Shown here piece after piece: positions 25,977 through 40,039 of a DNA stretch of 64,000 bases. The DNA comes from Cenococcum geophilum (Eukaryota). The notes beneath the pieces are model-generated. The model was given only the letters and a program-made list of their open reading frames with translations, was not told the origin of the DNA and ran no database searches. Every line of letters begins with the position of its first letter. The stretch's first letter is position 1. The DNA lies in contig CP158635.1 in NCBI GenBank assembly GCA_050273025.1, forward strand, positions 5,704,001-5,768,000, written 5' to 3'. Both the position numbers and the translations under genes were made by a program.

Positions 25977-28719
25977 CTACTATAGTATTACTAGGTGAAA
26001 CTATACTATCTCCGTGTTCTCGTTATGCAAAAGAGGGGTTAGTTTATATTGCGTTAGCGAGTCCTTTATCTTAGTAACCCTCTTCCTATTTAAAGTGTAC
26101 TAAAGCGAATATTTAATTATTCTGTAATGTTCGCTCTATTTCTAACGCTAAGTATACGCGTTCTATAACTCTTAATAGTCTCTAAGTTCCCTAAGTAACT
26201 TATTATAGGGTCTTATGTTTAATTAATTACTGCAAAGCTTAATAATAAGCTGTTAGTTACTTTGGCAGAACTTTACCGTTCCTATAACGCGGAGTAAGAG
26301 GCTGCTAAAGCCTAGCAATATGCCCTTAACTCCTGTCTTACTACTTCTGCTTAGTTAATCCGTCTTAAAAAGGGTTGTAAGAAGGTCTATTTTAAGGAGT
26401 AGAAACTTATAAAATAAGGTCTATAGGAACTTAGTAATAAAAAAACGGATTCTCTTCTAATGGAGAGGGAAATAACTCCAAATAGCTTGGTAGCTGCTCC
26501 TCTTGGGTCCCCCTTAGGTAACTCATTCTTTAGTAATTCTTCTTTATTAATACTGCCTAACCTATTTTCCTTTAATACTCCTATACCTTTCTTATAGCGT
26601 TTTTTAGGTTACTTAGTAGTTCCTAGGTAGTCTTACTATAGCTTATCTACTTTACTTTATACTATATTTTATTATCGATATCCTTATAACTAATAATCTT
26701 TAAAACTTACTATTTATCTTCTTCTTATCCTCTATACGTGTCTGCTTTATAGACTAGTGGCTTAATATTTCTATATGCTAGTTCTAGCATTATAATATAC
26801 TATATAGGGTAGATCTTTATCTTAGCTAGTAAATTTAACTTAAATATAACTAATAAAAAATTTTATATAGTAGCTATACTTTATCCCCCTCCTTAAGATC
26901 TGGTCCCTTAGATCTCTTAGCATTATAGTACTTTTTTATTTATTCTTATACTAGTTTAGCTATTTCTCTAAGGTCTATATAAAGATTTATTAAAGTCTCT
27001 ATTCTCTACCTAGCTATACTACTTATTTTCTTTACTTAATATGGTAATAATAATATTCTTAGCTTGTATCCGTAATTCGCCTTAAATGGTAATATACCTA
27101 TTTATTTTTATGGTGTTATATTATATATAAACTATATAACTAGTAATAGTAATACCTAATTATTTTATATATAGTTAATATAGTGCCTTAGATACTGTTT
27201 TAGTGTCTAATTTAATCTTTCTGTTTGTCTATCCATCTGCGGATAATATACTATTAATATTACTGCGTAAACCCCTTGTTTAGCTAAGAATACCTCTTAA
27301 AATACTGCTATAAATCTTAGATCTTTATCCGATATAATTTTATCTAGTACTCTATGTCTTATAAACACTTCCTTAATATATATTCTAGCAATATCCTCTA
27401 CTAATATTTCTTCTGTGTGTGCTATAAAGTAACCCTACTTAGTTAGTTTGTCTACTATTACTAAGATTGTATTATAATCTTATCTTATAATAGGATATCT
27501 TAACTTTAGTAACTTAATAATAAAGTTCTATAATATGACTTCCCATAGTCTTTCTGGTATTTTAATAGGTTATAGCCCTCTATACGGCTTATATTTTGTT
27601 AGTTTATTCCTTTAGCAATCTAAACATTTTTTTATAACTTATCTTACTAGCCCCTAGATTCCTTAAATAATATACTCCTCTTAAAGTCTTAACACTAAGC
27701 CTATAGCTTTATTATATCCTTATATTATTCCCTTATAGAATTCTTTTATAAACTCCTCTGTAATAGACCTTGGCACGTATATTATTTCTTTATTTTTATA
27801 CTACTCTAAGTCTAGATCCTCTACCTATATGTCTTAGATCTTCTATATCTAATTACTCTCTAGTAATTTGTAGATCTAGCTTTTTTATATTGCTGCTATC
27901 TTTAGATAATTATACCTAATTAATCCATCTTTGTCCCTTTGCAATATAGCCCCTAATAATTTCTTATTGTTTTGTAATTCAGCCTTTCTACTTAGAGTGT
28001 TAGCTTATACGTTATCTATACCCTTAGTATACTAAATCTTAAAATGGTATTCTGTAAGTATTTCCGCCTATCTAACCTATCTTTAGTTTAATTCCGTTAT
28101 TATTAGGAATCCTATAAGGTTCTTATAGTCTATTTTAACTATAAATAGTTTCTCTGTGCCTTATAAGAATGCTCTCTATTTTTTTAATACTGTAACTATA
28201 CCTAAGAACTCCTTATTATAGATATTATAGTTTAGTTTTAATAGTGTTATCTTTTAACTATAGTATGCTACTAGATGCTATGCGTCCTGGTGCTTTTATA
28301 GCAAATATGCTCCTAGTGCAAAGTTTAATATATTTGTCTTAATTAACCGTTTCTAGCTTTGGTTAATAGATTTTGAGGATTAATTCCTAGGTAAATAACT
28401 CTTTCAGTTCCTTAAATAGCTTCTTCTGCTTACTACCTTATACCTATAGTTCCTCTTTCTTTATTAATTAAGTAAACGGCTTAATATTCTTTAACTACTA
28501 TGCAATAAACCTCCTATAGTAGTTGTAAAACCCTAGGAATAATCTTAACTATATAATGTTCTTTAGTTCTTACCAACTTACTATAGCTTCTACTTTCTTT
28601 AGGTCTATGCTAATACGTCCTAGTTTAATAATAAATCCAATAAAATTGGTCTTCTGTATAAAAAACTTGCATTTCTTAATTGCTACTAACATCTATTCTT
28701 TTTATAGTCTCTTTAAGAC

Positions 28720-29090
28720 TGTTACAGGACACCCCCGTAATACCTTACACATGTCTACCTGTTTTTACCAACCCAGCAATTAGAGACTAACCGCGAAATA
28801 GCAATTTAACGGCAATCTAATGGCAATCTAACGGCAATATACGGCATTCTGCTATATTTTACCAAGTTTTACTAAATTCTGTTAAGTTCTGCTAGGACTA
28901 TAACCTAAACTCTATTTTGCCCTATATATATATTAACTAAGTAACTAAGTTAACAATATATGCCTTTCCTTCCTATTTTTCTACCTTTTTTCCTTATATA
29001 ACGTCTTAATCTTATCACACAGTTTATATATATAGCTTAATAACATCTACTTTGCTATATATTATCGTCGCTTATACTTACTCCGTAACA
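28720..29090 (+). repeat. A2 5' LTR
   Basis: TGTTACA...GTAACA; repeat of 34347-34717. Confidence 0.95.
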
Positions 29091-32000
29091 CTATATTACG
29101 TTAAACCTATACTCTATACCGCCCTAATTAGTATATAGAATAACCCGGAAGCCCCTATATCTATAAAAGACCTATACGCTATGTTTACTAAATAAATAGA
29201 GACTCTGCAATAAGCTTTTATAGACACCCTTACCCGTTAAGAAGCCCGATATTATAAGTCAATTAAATCTCTAAAAAAGGAAATTAAAGAGATCCGCCGA
29301 AACCCATCGTCTGCCCTACTATTACCCCTACTTACCGCCACCGGTATTAACCTATAAACACTAGGCGGAGAGAATATGTCTAGAACTAGCTCCTTATCCC
29401 CAAATTCGCTAACTAGTACCTTTAGAAAGAAGTTAACCAAATATCTCCCTAACCCTCCTACCTATTTAGGTAAAAGGAGTAAACTACGCTCCTTCCTTAA
29501 CTAACTTAAGAACAAGCTAAATAGTAATATTAATCGCTACCTAACTCCTAATAGCTAGTTGCGTTACGCTATAAGCCGCCTAATAGGAGACGCCGTAGAA
29601 ACTATATACCTATTTTAGCTAAGCACTATAGAAGAACTAGTTACTATACTAGAAGTATCTTATAGCGACCCTAACTAAATTGCTATAGTATAAAGAAAAC
29701 TAAATAAGATGATATAAGGCTCTAAGAGCTTCCTATTATACTTTGCTAAATTCCACTACTATACTAAAGAGACTAGATAGAACGAACCCGCCTTAATTAA
29801 TTACTTAGTGGAGTCTCTAAACCCCGAACTAAAGGCTTTCCTTATAGGAGTTAAACTGCCGGATACCCTTACCGCCTATGCTAATGTTATTAATGGCTTA
29901 TATAATAATATATTACGCCTTACCCTAAAATATACACCTTAATACTTTACCTCTTAGCCGCCTAGGACCCGCAAGGACCTAGACGCTATAAATATTAATA
30001 CTAGAACCCTCTCTTACGCCCTAAAAGGATCCGCTAAATATAAATGACGTATTAAACACGGCCTTTGTTTTAAGCACGGAAGCGACACTTATATCTTAAG
30101 TTACTGCTCTATCCTGCTACCCTAAATATATATACAAATAACTGGTATAGGTGGTGTCCTATTATCTTAAATATATAAATAAACGACTAGTATAAGTAAC
30201 CGATCGCCTTAACTAAGCTCTGTCTACCGATCCTAATTATTATCCGGTTCTAACTTGTCTAATAAACACTACTTATAAGGATAAAGCTATAACCGACATA
30301 CTATAAGAACTCCGCCCTAATCGCCTCTGAAAGGAAGGTCCTAGAGCTAAGTCGCTCTCTAGGACGGCTCCGCCTTAGGATCTCATTAAATACTTTAGAT
30401 ATTATAAACTCTGACTCTTAGGATTATAGCATAAATATTAACTATTGCCTTTAGTAGAATAATTAATAGGTTAATACTTAAGTCCTAATTAATATAGGAG
30501 CTAGTAGTATTGGATTTATTAATAAGATTTTTGCGTAAGATAATGGTTTTACCCTAACCCCCCTTAACCGGCATATTAATATATTTGGATTTAATGGTAA
30601 ACGTACCGTCTTAGGATATATTACCTACGTAGTATTCCTAAGACTCTAATACCTAAACTATAAAGAATTGATTAGACTTTTTGTTACTACCCTAGATTAC
30701 TTAGTAATCCTTAAACAACCCTAGATAAAGCTATATAAGGTAACTATTAATTAGGACAACCTTAAGCTTCTATTTACCGCCTTTTACTATAAGCAGAAGT
30801 GCCTTATAACTTACTGCCTTAACCCTAAACTAAAATCTATTAGCCTAAGATTTCTACTAATATCCACCCTATGCCTAAGGATTTTACCAGATTCTACTAA
30901 CCTAAGGAATCCACTCAATTCTACTAAGCTAAGAATTCCACCAAATTTTATTAATATAAGACTTCTACCGATATCTATTAAGGACCTAAAAATTCCACTA
31001 AACCCTACAAACCGATTCTAACTACTGCACCGCCCTAAGCTAAGCAGAAGCTTAAGCTTAATATACGAAAATACTAGAAGGACTGGTATTCTACTATAAA
31101 AAGGATTCTTAAAAAACCCAAACCCAAATTTAACGCTAACTTTGTACCTAATACCAAACCTAAACCTAAATAAGAAACTATAGGTAATCCAAGCAAGCCT
31201 AGCACCCTAGATATCTATATAATTGGAGCTACTCCGCTAGTATAACTTGCTAAGAAACTAGAATATACGATCTTCGCCGTTATAATAGCCGATATTAAAA
31301 AGGCCTTAGTACTAAAGAAACACACCGACCCTGCTATAAAGGTACTAGTAGAATACCATAGTCGTCTAAAAGCATTCTTATAAAAGAAAGCCGATAAGCT
31401 ACTAGAATACCAACTATTCGACTATAAGATTATACTTAAAGAAGGAAAGTAGCCTAGATTTGGACCTTTATACGGGATGTCCTAAAATAAACTCTAAGTA
31501 CTATAAAAGTATCTAGACGAGAACCTAAGTAAAGGATTAATTTAAGCAAGCTTGTCGCCTATAGCCGTACTAGTAATCTTTATTAGAAACCCGGCGGCAG
31601 TCTATGCTTCTATATAGACTACTAAGCTCTTAACGCCGTTACCGTTAAGAACCGATATCCGATCCCGTTAATATAGAAAACGCTAAACTAACTAAGTAAG
31701 GCTTGCTACTATACAAAGCTTAATATTATCTCTATATTTAACCGCCTCTGTATTACAAAAGAAGATAAATAGCTTACTGCATTTTATACTCAGTATAGAT
31801 TATTTAAATACTTAGTAACGCTATTTAGCCTTATAAATACCCCGAGCTTGTTTTAACATTATATAAATAACACCCTACGTCCCTACCTAGACATCTTCTG
31901 TACTACTTATATTAACGACATCCTAATATACAGTAATAACCCAACTAAATATTAGAAATACGTTAACCTTATTTTATAAGCCCTATATAGAGCTAGTCTA

Positions 32001-34346
32001 TAATTAGATATAGATAAATATAAGTTCTATAAAATAGAAGTTTTATACCTTAAACTCCTTATTTTTATAAATAGCATATAAATAGACCTAAAGAAAGTTA
32101 AAGCAATTATAAACTAGCAAGAACCCGAGAACGTTAAGGATATAAGAGCCTTTATAAGATTTGCCAATTTCTACTAATGGTTTATTAATAACTTCTCCTC
32201 CCTAGTTTTGCCCCTTATAGCTCTAACCTAAAAAAATAAAGCCTTTATCTTTAATAAGAAATATAAGAAAGCCTTTACCTATTTAAAGGTTATGTTTACT
32301 ACTACGCTAATACTTTAACACTTTAACCCAAACTAAATGAGTGTTATAGAAGCCGACTTATCCAACTACGTCAATAAAGGCATCCTATCTTAATATAATA
32401 AGGATGGAGTATTATACCCTATAGCATACTTCTTAAAATAACTAAGCCTAGCTAAATATAACTACGAGATCTACGATAAGGAATTATTAGCTATTATTAG
32501 ATGTTTTAAATAATGGCAACCCAAACTAGAAGGCGCTAGATTCCTAATTAAAGTCCTTAATAACTATAAGAACCTATAGTACTTCACAACTATAAAATAG
32601 CTAAGCTATTATTAGGCCCGCTAGTTAGAATACCTATCCCGTTTTTAATTCTTAATTATATACCACCTAGGCGTTTAAGGCTAAAAGCCTAATGCCCTAA
32701 CCCAATAATCGCAAGATGCACTAGCACTAGAAGAAGCGCACTCTTACTAAAATTAGACCCTACTTCGCCCTAAACTATTTAACCCTCCTACTAAAGACAT
32801 TATGGTACATATCCTTAAAATAACTAACTAATTAATTTAATAGATTATAACCAACAAATACCCAAATAACGAGTTTATCTAAGAGATGCTTAAGCTAATG
32901 CAAAATGGCATTAGACGCTCTAAAAGGATTTCTTTAAGTAAATTCAAAGCCTGTGGGAACCGCTTATACTACTAGAACCGCCTAGTTATACCCAACTATA
33001 ATAAACTTAAGCTTAAGCTCCTTAAACATATACACGACCTACTAGTAGCCGGCCACCAAGGCTAAGAAAAACTCTAGAGCTACTCTAATGGGAGTATTAC
33101 TGGCTAAATATATATAATATAATATAAAGATACGTCTCTAGCTGCTATATCTGCTAATAAGCTAAAGCTTCGCGGAAGGCGTATAACGGCCTATTAAAGC
33201 CACTACCTGTTCCGGACCGAAGATAAAAGGATATCTTAATTAACTTCATTGTTGACCTCCCTATAAGTAAAGGCTGTATAAATATTATAGTAGTTATAGA
33301 CCAACTATCTAAGATAAGGCACTTAATCGCCTATCCTAATATATTAACACCTATTATCGCCTAACTATTCCTGGATCACGTATAAAAACTCCAGACTCCC
33401 TAAAACAATTATCTCCAATAGAGGCAGCTATTTTATCTCTATATTTTTAAAAGAACTAACTACTTAACTCCGTATTAAAGTACTACTATTTACTTACTAT
33501 ATATTACCTAAAAACGGACGGTTAAATAAAATATGTAAACGCTATAATAGAATAGTATATCCAGATATACATATTATACTTATAAGATAACTAGATTAAC
33601 TGGCTTATATTTACTAAGTTTACTATAAATAATTCCGTCTTAGAAACTATAAAGGTCTCCCTGTTCCTAGCTAACTACGGCTAGTATCTATAAATAGGTT
33701 TTAAACCCTTTAGTAGCGTCCCTTACCCCACTTATTATACCTTATAAATTATAAAAGTAAACAAATTTGCAGATAAAATAGAGGAACTATAATAGTTCCT
33801 TACTAATGAAATAATATGGGCTTAATCTATTTATAAAGCCGCGGCGAATAAAAAACAAACCCTAGCATTAGCTTACTAAATTAGTAACTTTATCTAGCTA
33901 GATATAAGAAATCTAAACACGAAACAACCTATTAAAAAACTTAATTAGAAGAACGCTGGCCCTTACAAAGTTAAGAAGGTCGTCTCCTCTTACTCCTACC
34001 GATTAAAGCTCCCTAATATACTTAAAATCCACCCCGTATTCTATACGTTAGTCCTTTACCCTACTACCCCTATATTAAACGCCCTGCCTAAATAAATATA
34101 GGACCCTCCCCCACTAGTTAAAGTAGATGGTGAGAACGAGTACTTTATTAAAAAAATTAATAATATTAAGTATAATAAACGGAAACGCTAATATATATAT
34201 TTTATAAAATAGAAAGGCTTTACTAAGTCCTTATAGGAATCCGTTAACTCTATAGGACTTATATAAGCCGCAGAAGACTTTTATAAACTCTACCTAGAAC
34301 TACTACAGCCCTATTTCGCAGAAGCTCGAGTTTAAAGGGGGGGTAC

Positions 34347-34717
34347 TGTTATAGGACACCCCCGTAATACCTTGCATATATTTACCTATTTCTACCGACC
34401 TAGTAATTAGAGACTAACTATAAAATAGCAATTTAACGGCAATCTAATGGCAATCTAATGGCAATATACGGCATTCTGCTATATTCTGCTAAGTTTTACT
34501 AAATTCTATTAAGTTTTGCTAGGACTACGACCTAAACCCTATTCTGCCCTATATATATATTAGCTAAGCAACTAAGTTAACGATATATGCCTTTCCTTCC
34601 CGTTTTCCTACCTTCTCTCCTTATATAACGTTTTAATCTTATTATATAGTTTATATATATAGCTTAATAATATTTACTTTGCTATATATTATCGTTACTT
34701 ATACTTACTCTGTAATA
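34347..34717 (+). repeat. A2 3' LTR
   Basis: Repeat of 28720-29090, following the PPT. Confidence 0.95.
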
Positions 34718-37700
34718 AAGACCTATTTAATATATTCCCTATGTTCTTTCTTACTTATTAAATAGATAATAATATTATTAAGGTATGCTATAACAAACTT
34801 ATTAAGGTGTTCTTTTAATACACTATTAATTTGCTTTTAGAACGTTACTAGTGCGTTTATAAGCCTAAATTGTATAACTAATAGTTTATATAGCCCTTCA
34901 TTTGACCTAAAGGCTGCCTTCTATTTATTGCCTTCCTTAATTCTAATTTAATAGTACACCTATCTTAGATCTATCTTTGTAAAGATTTACACATTACTAA
35001 TCCTATCTTAAATTTCGCTAATTAAGGGTAAAAGATACCTATTCTTTCTGGTAATGCTATTTAACTATCTATAGTTAATATATATTCTTAGTTTTCTGTT
35101 TTTCTTTAGGACAAATAATACTAGATAACCTACTAATAACTATAATGGTCTAATATATCCCTTTTATAGGTTCTTTTAGATGAGCTCCTTAAGCGCTGCT
35201 AGCTCTACTTTAGTAAGCTTATAGATTGGAAAGAATCTTAGACTTATTTCTAGTTCTAATTCTATCTTATAGTCCTCTATTGTATACTCTAACAGCCTTT
35301 TACTTTTTAGTAACTATAGCTTTTTACTATACTTGTGGTATCTTTTTGGTATATAACTTAAGCCTCGCTTAGTCTCTTTATATATTGCTCTAACTTAGTA
35401 CTATACTAACTTGGTTTATTATTATATCTTATATTATTAAGTATTTCTAATATTAACCTAATCTATAATCTAGTTAATCTTTAAATTATATTTCTGTAAC
35501 TAAGGTATTCCTAATGGTAAGATATTAAAAGATATTCTGACTAGTCTTCCTTTAATAGTTATCTAAATAAGTCCTGTTTTTAGGTTAATAATACCTCCTC
35601 TATAGGCTATCTAATCTCCTAAAATTATTATAAGTGGATATAGGTATTCCTTTTGTCTGTATAGTAACCCTATCCTTTTTACTACTGCTAGTAATATATG
35701 GTTTCTTATTACTCTACTATCTATTAGTACTTTAAACTGTTAATCTTACTATTTAACTTATAAATTTAGGTGTTGTCCTTAAATTTCTTTAAGGGTCTAA
35801 GGTTCTACTACTAGTTCCCTCTAGTCCTATAGGCCTCCCCTTTTTCTAACTATTAGCTACTAGATCCCATTTATACTTAGTCTAACTTAGGCTAATACTT
35901 AGTTTATTTCTTTTCCTCTATATACTATAGATAAGTATTTTCTAGGCACTTTTACTATTATTATCTATCTAGGCATTCTCCCGTAAGGAATCTTCCTGGT
36001 TAAAGTATTAGGTCTCCTTACCCTTATACTTCTACTAGGTGCCATCTATATATATACTTAACGTCCCTAAACTATTTCTCTTCTAGTGCCTAATATATCC
36101 TTACTAGGTACTTCCGGTTTTTGCCTTTTAGTACTCTATATAGGTTATATATATTATCTATACATATAATCCATAATAATGTATAATGTGCTTAGTAACT
36201 TAGGTTAACTCTTAGCTTGTCTTTACTCTTAAGTTTAAACCTCTACTTTGCCAATCTAACTATTAGTCTTTCTTCTGTGGGTACTAAATTTTACTACTTA
36301 CTTCTTTAGTCCCTAGATCCCTCTTCTAGGTTCTTTAACGTTATAATTAATGCTCCTTTAATGTAACTTATGTGTTTCTCTATAATAGGTTAATCTTAGA
36401 TAACTTTTTTATCTAGCCATATATAAAAATCTTCCTATTTATTACTATGTTATTGCTTATACTATTTTTTATACAACTAGTTTAGTATATATAGTCTATC
36501 TATAAGAAAGTACCTTATTATTGCTATGTTATAATAGCCCTTTATATATCTTTCTTCGAACCTAGTTAGGATTCCTAAATTCTTTTCTTGCTCCAGTTTG
36601 TCTAACTACTTTACTTTAGGCGTCCATGCCTTAAGCCTATTAGTAATTCTTTATATAGGTGCTTGGTCCCTTATATAACTTAGTATACTAGATCTCTAAT
36701 CTAGTTTTTGCTCTTACTATATAATAATTCTTACTCTAAATTTATCCCTAGTTTTCTGTTTTCTGTGTCTTATAGCTAGATCCTTAAGGTCGTCTTATTT
36801 CTTAATTTTGGTATTAACTTTTTAGTCTTTAGGCTAAACACTGCGTTTACCGAGAATTAACGTTCTTATTTGTTCCCCAAACTTGTAGTTCTTAAACTTA
36901 CGTCCTATGCTTATTTATGTATCTCTAAACCAAGCCTCTACTCTTTGCTATTGGTTTTCTTCTGTTATAGGTTCTTAAGCTGTCTTTATTGCGTCTTGTA
37001 AGTCTAAAGCCTTCTATATCTCTTCTTAAGAATCTTAAACCTGTGGCCTTTTGCCTTTAATAAGTGGTAAGCTAGCACTAGTAGTTGTCTGCTTACTTAA
37101 TTATTTTTGGATATTACTCCTTCTATCTTATAAAGTAATGGATGCCGTATCTAATAGTGTTATGTTACCCGTTACTAAACTGCGTTCTATAGTGGTTTTA
37201 GTCTCTACTTTTATTGCGTTATTAAGGTTTAAGTACCCCCAGTTAGCCTCCTTTTCTTCCTTATCGCTATTAATTAATAAGTACTTTAACTCTATTATTA
37301 TTGTTACTATTTATTATCTATATATTACTACAATATCTTAATCTAGCTTATAGAGTTAATCTTATTCTTTGTTTAACTCTTATATACCCTAGAGTTCTCT
37401 TAACTTAGGCTCTTATAGCTAATAGCTTGCGCCGTACTTAGCGTCCTTATAAACTTAATATGCGTTATTATAACAAAACGCAAAGTGTTAGATTAAACAC
37501 TGTTTGGTCCCGCGTAATATACTTATATTTACTTTATTATACTCTAATAACCTAGTGCCTTTTACTACGTAGTTACTCTAACTACCTCTATAATCTCTAG
37601 TAAAATAACTCTGTTTTCCGCAATTTATATAAGCTCTATCTTTAAACCACTAATTTTGCTATAAAGTCTGCCTAAACGTTATCTACTATCAAGATCCCTA

Positions 37701-38673
37701 GTTTAGCCTTTACTCCTTAGTCCTATAATTACTAGATTCTTAACCTCTAGGTTTTTATAGTTTCTTACTCTATCTTCTAAATTCTTTGGTACCGCTTAGG
37801 TCTATTAGCTCTAGTCCGCTATTCTATAATTTTTAACTTTAACTTTATTAATATATACTTTGCGCCTTATATAACTATAGAACTCTTTCTTACCCTTTCT
37901 TGGCTTATTTCCTTTAGTAGATCCTATTATTAATCTTAATTGCTTAATTAATTAGGTCTCTTATTATTTCCGCATCTTCTATTAGGATAATTATATCCTA
38001 GACTTTAGCCTTAAGTCTTTATTTGTACTATACCATAAGCGCCTTATTATTCTATTTAACCTATACTAAAAGTGTCTAAAACTGGGTTGTATACTTAATT
38101 GCTAAGGTTCTTTATACTATATTTTAAAGCTTTCGTTCTGCTATAGTTGTTGCCTTAGGGTCTCTAAATATCTATATAAGTTATTTTGCAAATCCTCCCT
38201 AATTTAAGAATATAAACTTAACTTCTAAGTTAGTGGTCTGGTCTTTATGCTCCTGTATATTAGTAAGATATAGCTTAAACTATTCTAGTACTCTTCCTAA
38301 CAAGAATAGTCTTGCATATACCACTTAATATATAGGTGTAGCAAGCTTTACTCCCTCCTATAATACCTTAAAGCGCATTTATATAAGGAATCCTTTAAGC
38401 TTTAACTTCTCCCCTAAAAATTATTTGACTAATAGTAACTTAACCTTTACTGCTCCAATTTCATTAATGCGGTCTTTAAGTATCCGATTATTATCTATTA
38501 ACTAATTAACCATTTCCTGTAACTAACCTATTGTAACTAGCTGTAAACTTGTATCTGCTATGCTAGTATCTATGCTTATTCTTAAGATCGTTACTACTGT
38601 TAATAGCGTCGTGACTGGTGCTTTAGGTGGCATATTGTTTGACTTTATTAATACTATAACTAGGTAGTAAATG

Positions 38674-39093
38674 TGTAACGGAACCTTATAGGAGATACTA
38701 TAGTAGATTCGTTAATAGGCCAGGTGTATAGGTAAATAAGAAGTTAACAACGTAATAACAACTAGTTAAGTGGTTGCCTAACAGATTAACTCTAATTGTA
38801 TTCTAAGATTCACTATAAGGAGAGAACTATCTACGGTAGGGATTAAGGTCCTTTAAATACACAACCATACTCCTAAGAAATCCTCCTTATATATAAGGTA
38901 CGTGTGCTCTATCTACTCTGTTATGGATTATATAGATTATATAGATTACACAGATCATATTACGTAACTTGCTTACTATTTCTCATTATATAGTTCCACG
39001 GGTTCCATCCTAAACCGTGCCTATATTAACCAACTAGCTTATTCCAACTCTTCCCTAAGTAGTTATAATATTGTACTTAAAGCGTCCGTAACA
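38674..39093 (-). repeat. B3 5' LTR
   Basis: TGTAACGG...CCGTAACA; repeat of 24355-24862. Confidence 0.94.
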
Positions 39094-39300
39094 ATAAGAA
39101 GAAAAGATGCTAGTAGCAATTAAGAAATATAAGTTCTTTACTAAGAAGACCAATTTTATTAGATTTATTATTAAACTAGGGAAAATTAGTATAGACCTAA
39201 AGAAAGTAAAAGCTATAGTAAGTTGGTAAGAACTAGAGAACGTTATATAGTTAAGATCGTTTTTAGGGGTTTGCAACTACTATAAAAGGTATATTACATA

Positions 39301-39715
39301 ACGTAATTGGTAAGTAACCTGGCCATGCAAGTAACCTAGCCACCTCAAAAATTAGAAAATTCATACTTTAATATCTCAACAACCACGTAATAATAAATTT
39401 TAAAAATTTAGATTTAAACTTTTATATACGCTTTGCAGCTTCTATTAAAGTTGCATAGTAATTAGTTAGGTAGTTTTTAAAATATTATAATTTGGGGGCC
39501 AAAATAAAGCCAAATTGCGATATCTTAACAACTACTGAATTAATTACTATGTAACTTTAATAGAAGCTATAAAGTGTATATAAAAGCCCAAACCTAAATT
39601 ATTAAAAATTATTATTGAGTGGCTGTTAAGATATTAATGTATGAATTTTCTAATTTTTGGTGGGGTTTTAAGGTGGCCAGGTTACTTACGTGGCCAGGTT
39701 ACTTACCGAACACGT
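39301..39715. mobile_element. Fot1/pogo-type (Tc1/mariner) foldback MITE
   Basis: ACGT termini, ~45-bp TIRs with an internal gtaacctggcca direct repeat, TA TSD; the interior is also largely palindromic. Confidence 0.92.
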
Positions 39716-40039
39716 TAGTAGTTAAAGAATATTAAGCTATTTATAAGACTTATAAAGAAAGAGAAACCATAGATATAGGGTAGTAGGTAAAAGAAGTTAT
39801 TTTAAAAACTTAAGGAGTTATTTACCTAGGATCTAATCCTTAAGATCTATTAACCAAAGCTAGACATAGTTATAGAAACGGACGCATTAGACTTTACACT
39901 AGGAGTATATTTACTATAGAAGTACTAAAACGCATAGCATCCAGTAGTATACTATAGTTAGAAGATAATACTACTAGAACTAAACTATAACATTTATAAG
40001 GAGTTATTAGGTATAATAACAGCACTTAAGGAATAAAGA

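Larger units (their letters stand above)
24971..26597 (+). pseudogene. Antisense Cys-rich extra ORF of B3 (interrupted by D2; putative intron 26154-26208)
   Basis: De-RIP MPKASSSSS...PCSRCAKEGLVC..L...SSCSECTKANI...CDVRS.SDAE/W, followed by a coiled-coil-like stretch. Confidence 0.68.
28720..34717 (+). mobile_element. Full-length Ty3/Gypsy chromovirus family A, copy A2
   Basis: 371-bp LTRs at 28720-29090 and 34347-34717, TSD AAGAC, PPT aaaggggggg, gag ~29132-30330, pol with chromodomain ~30340-34335. Confidence 0.96.
24355..39093 (-). mobile_element. Full-length family B copy B3, carrying the mini-LTR, D2 and A2
   Basis: LTRs at 24355-24862 and 38674-39093, perfect TSD ATAAG (24350-24354 / 39094-39098). 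The interior is the reverse complement of B1-type gag-pol. Confidence 0.95.
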
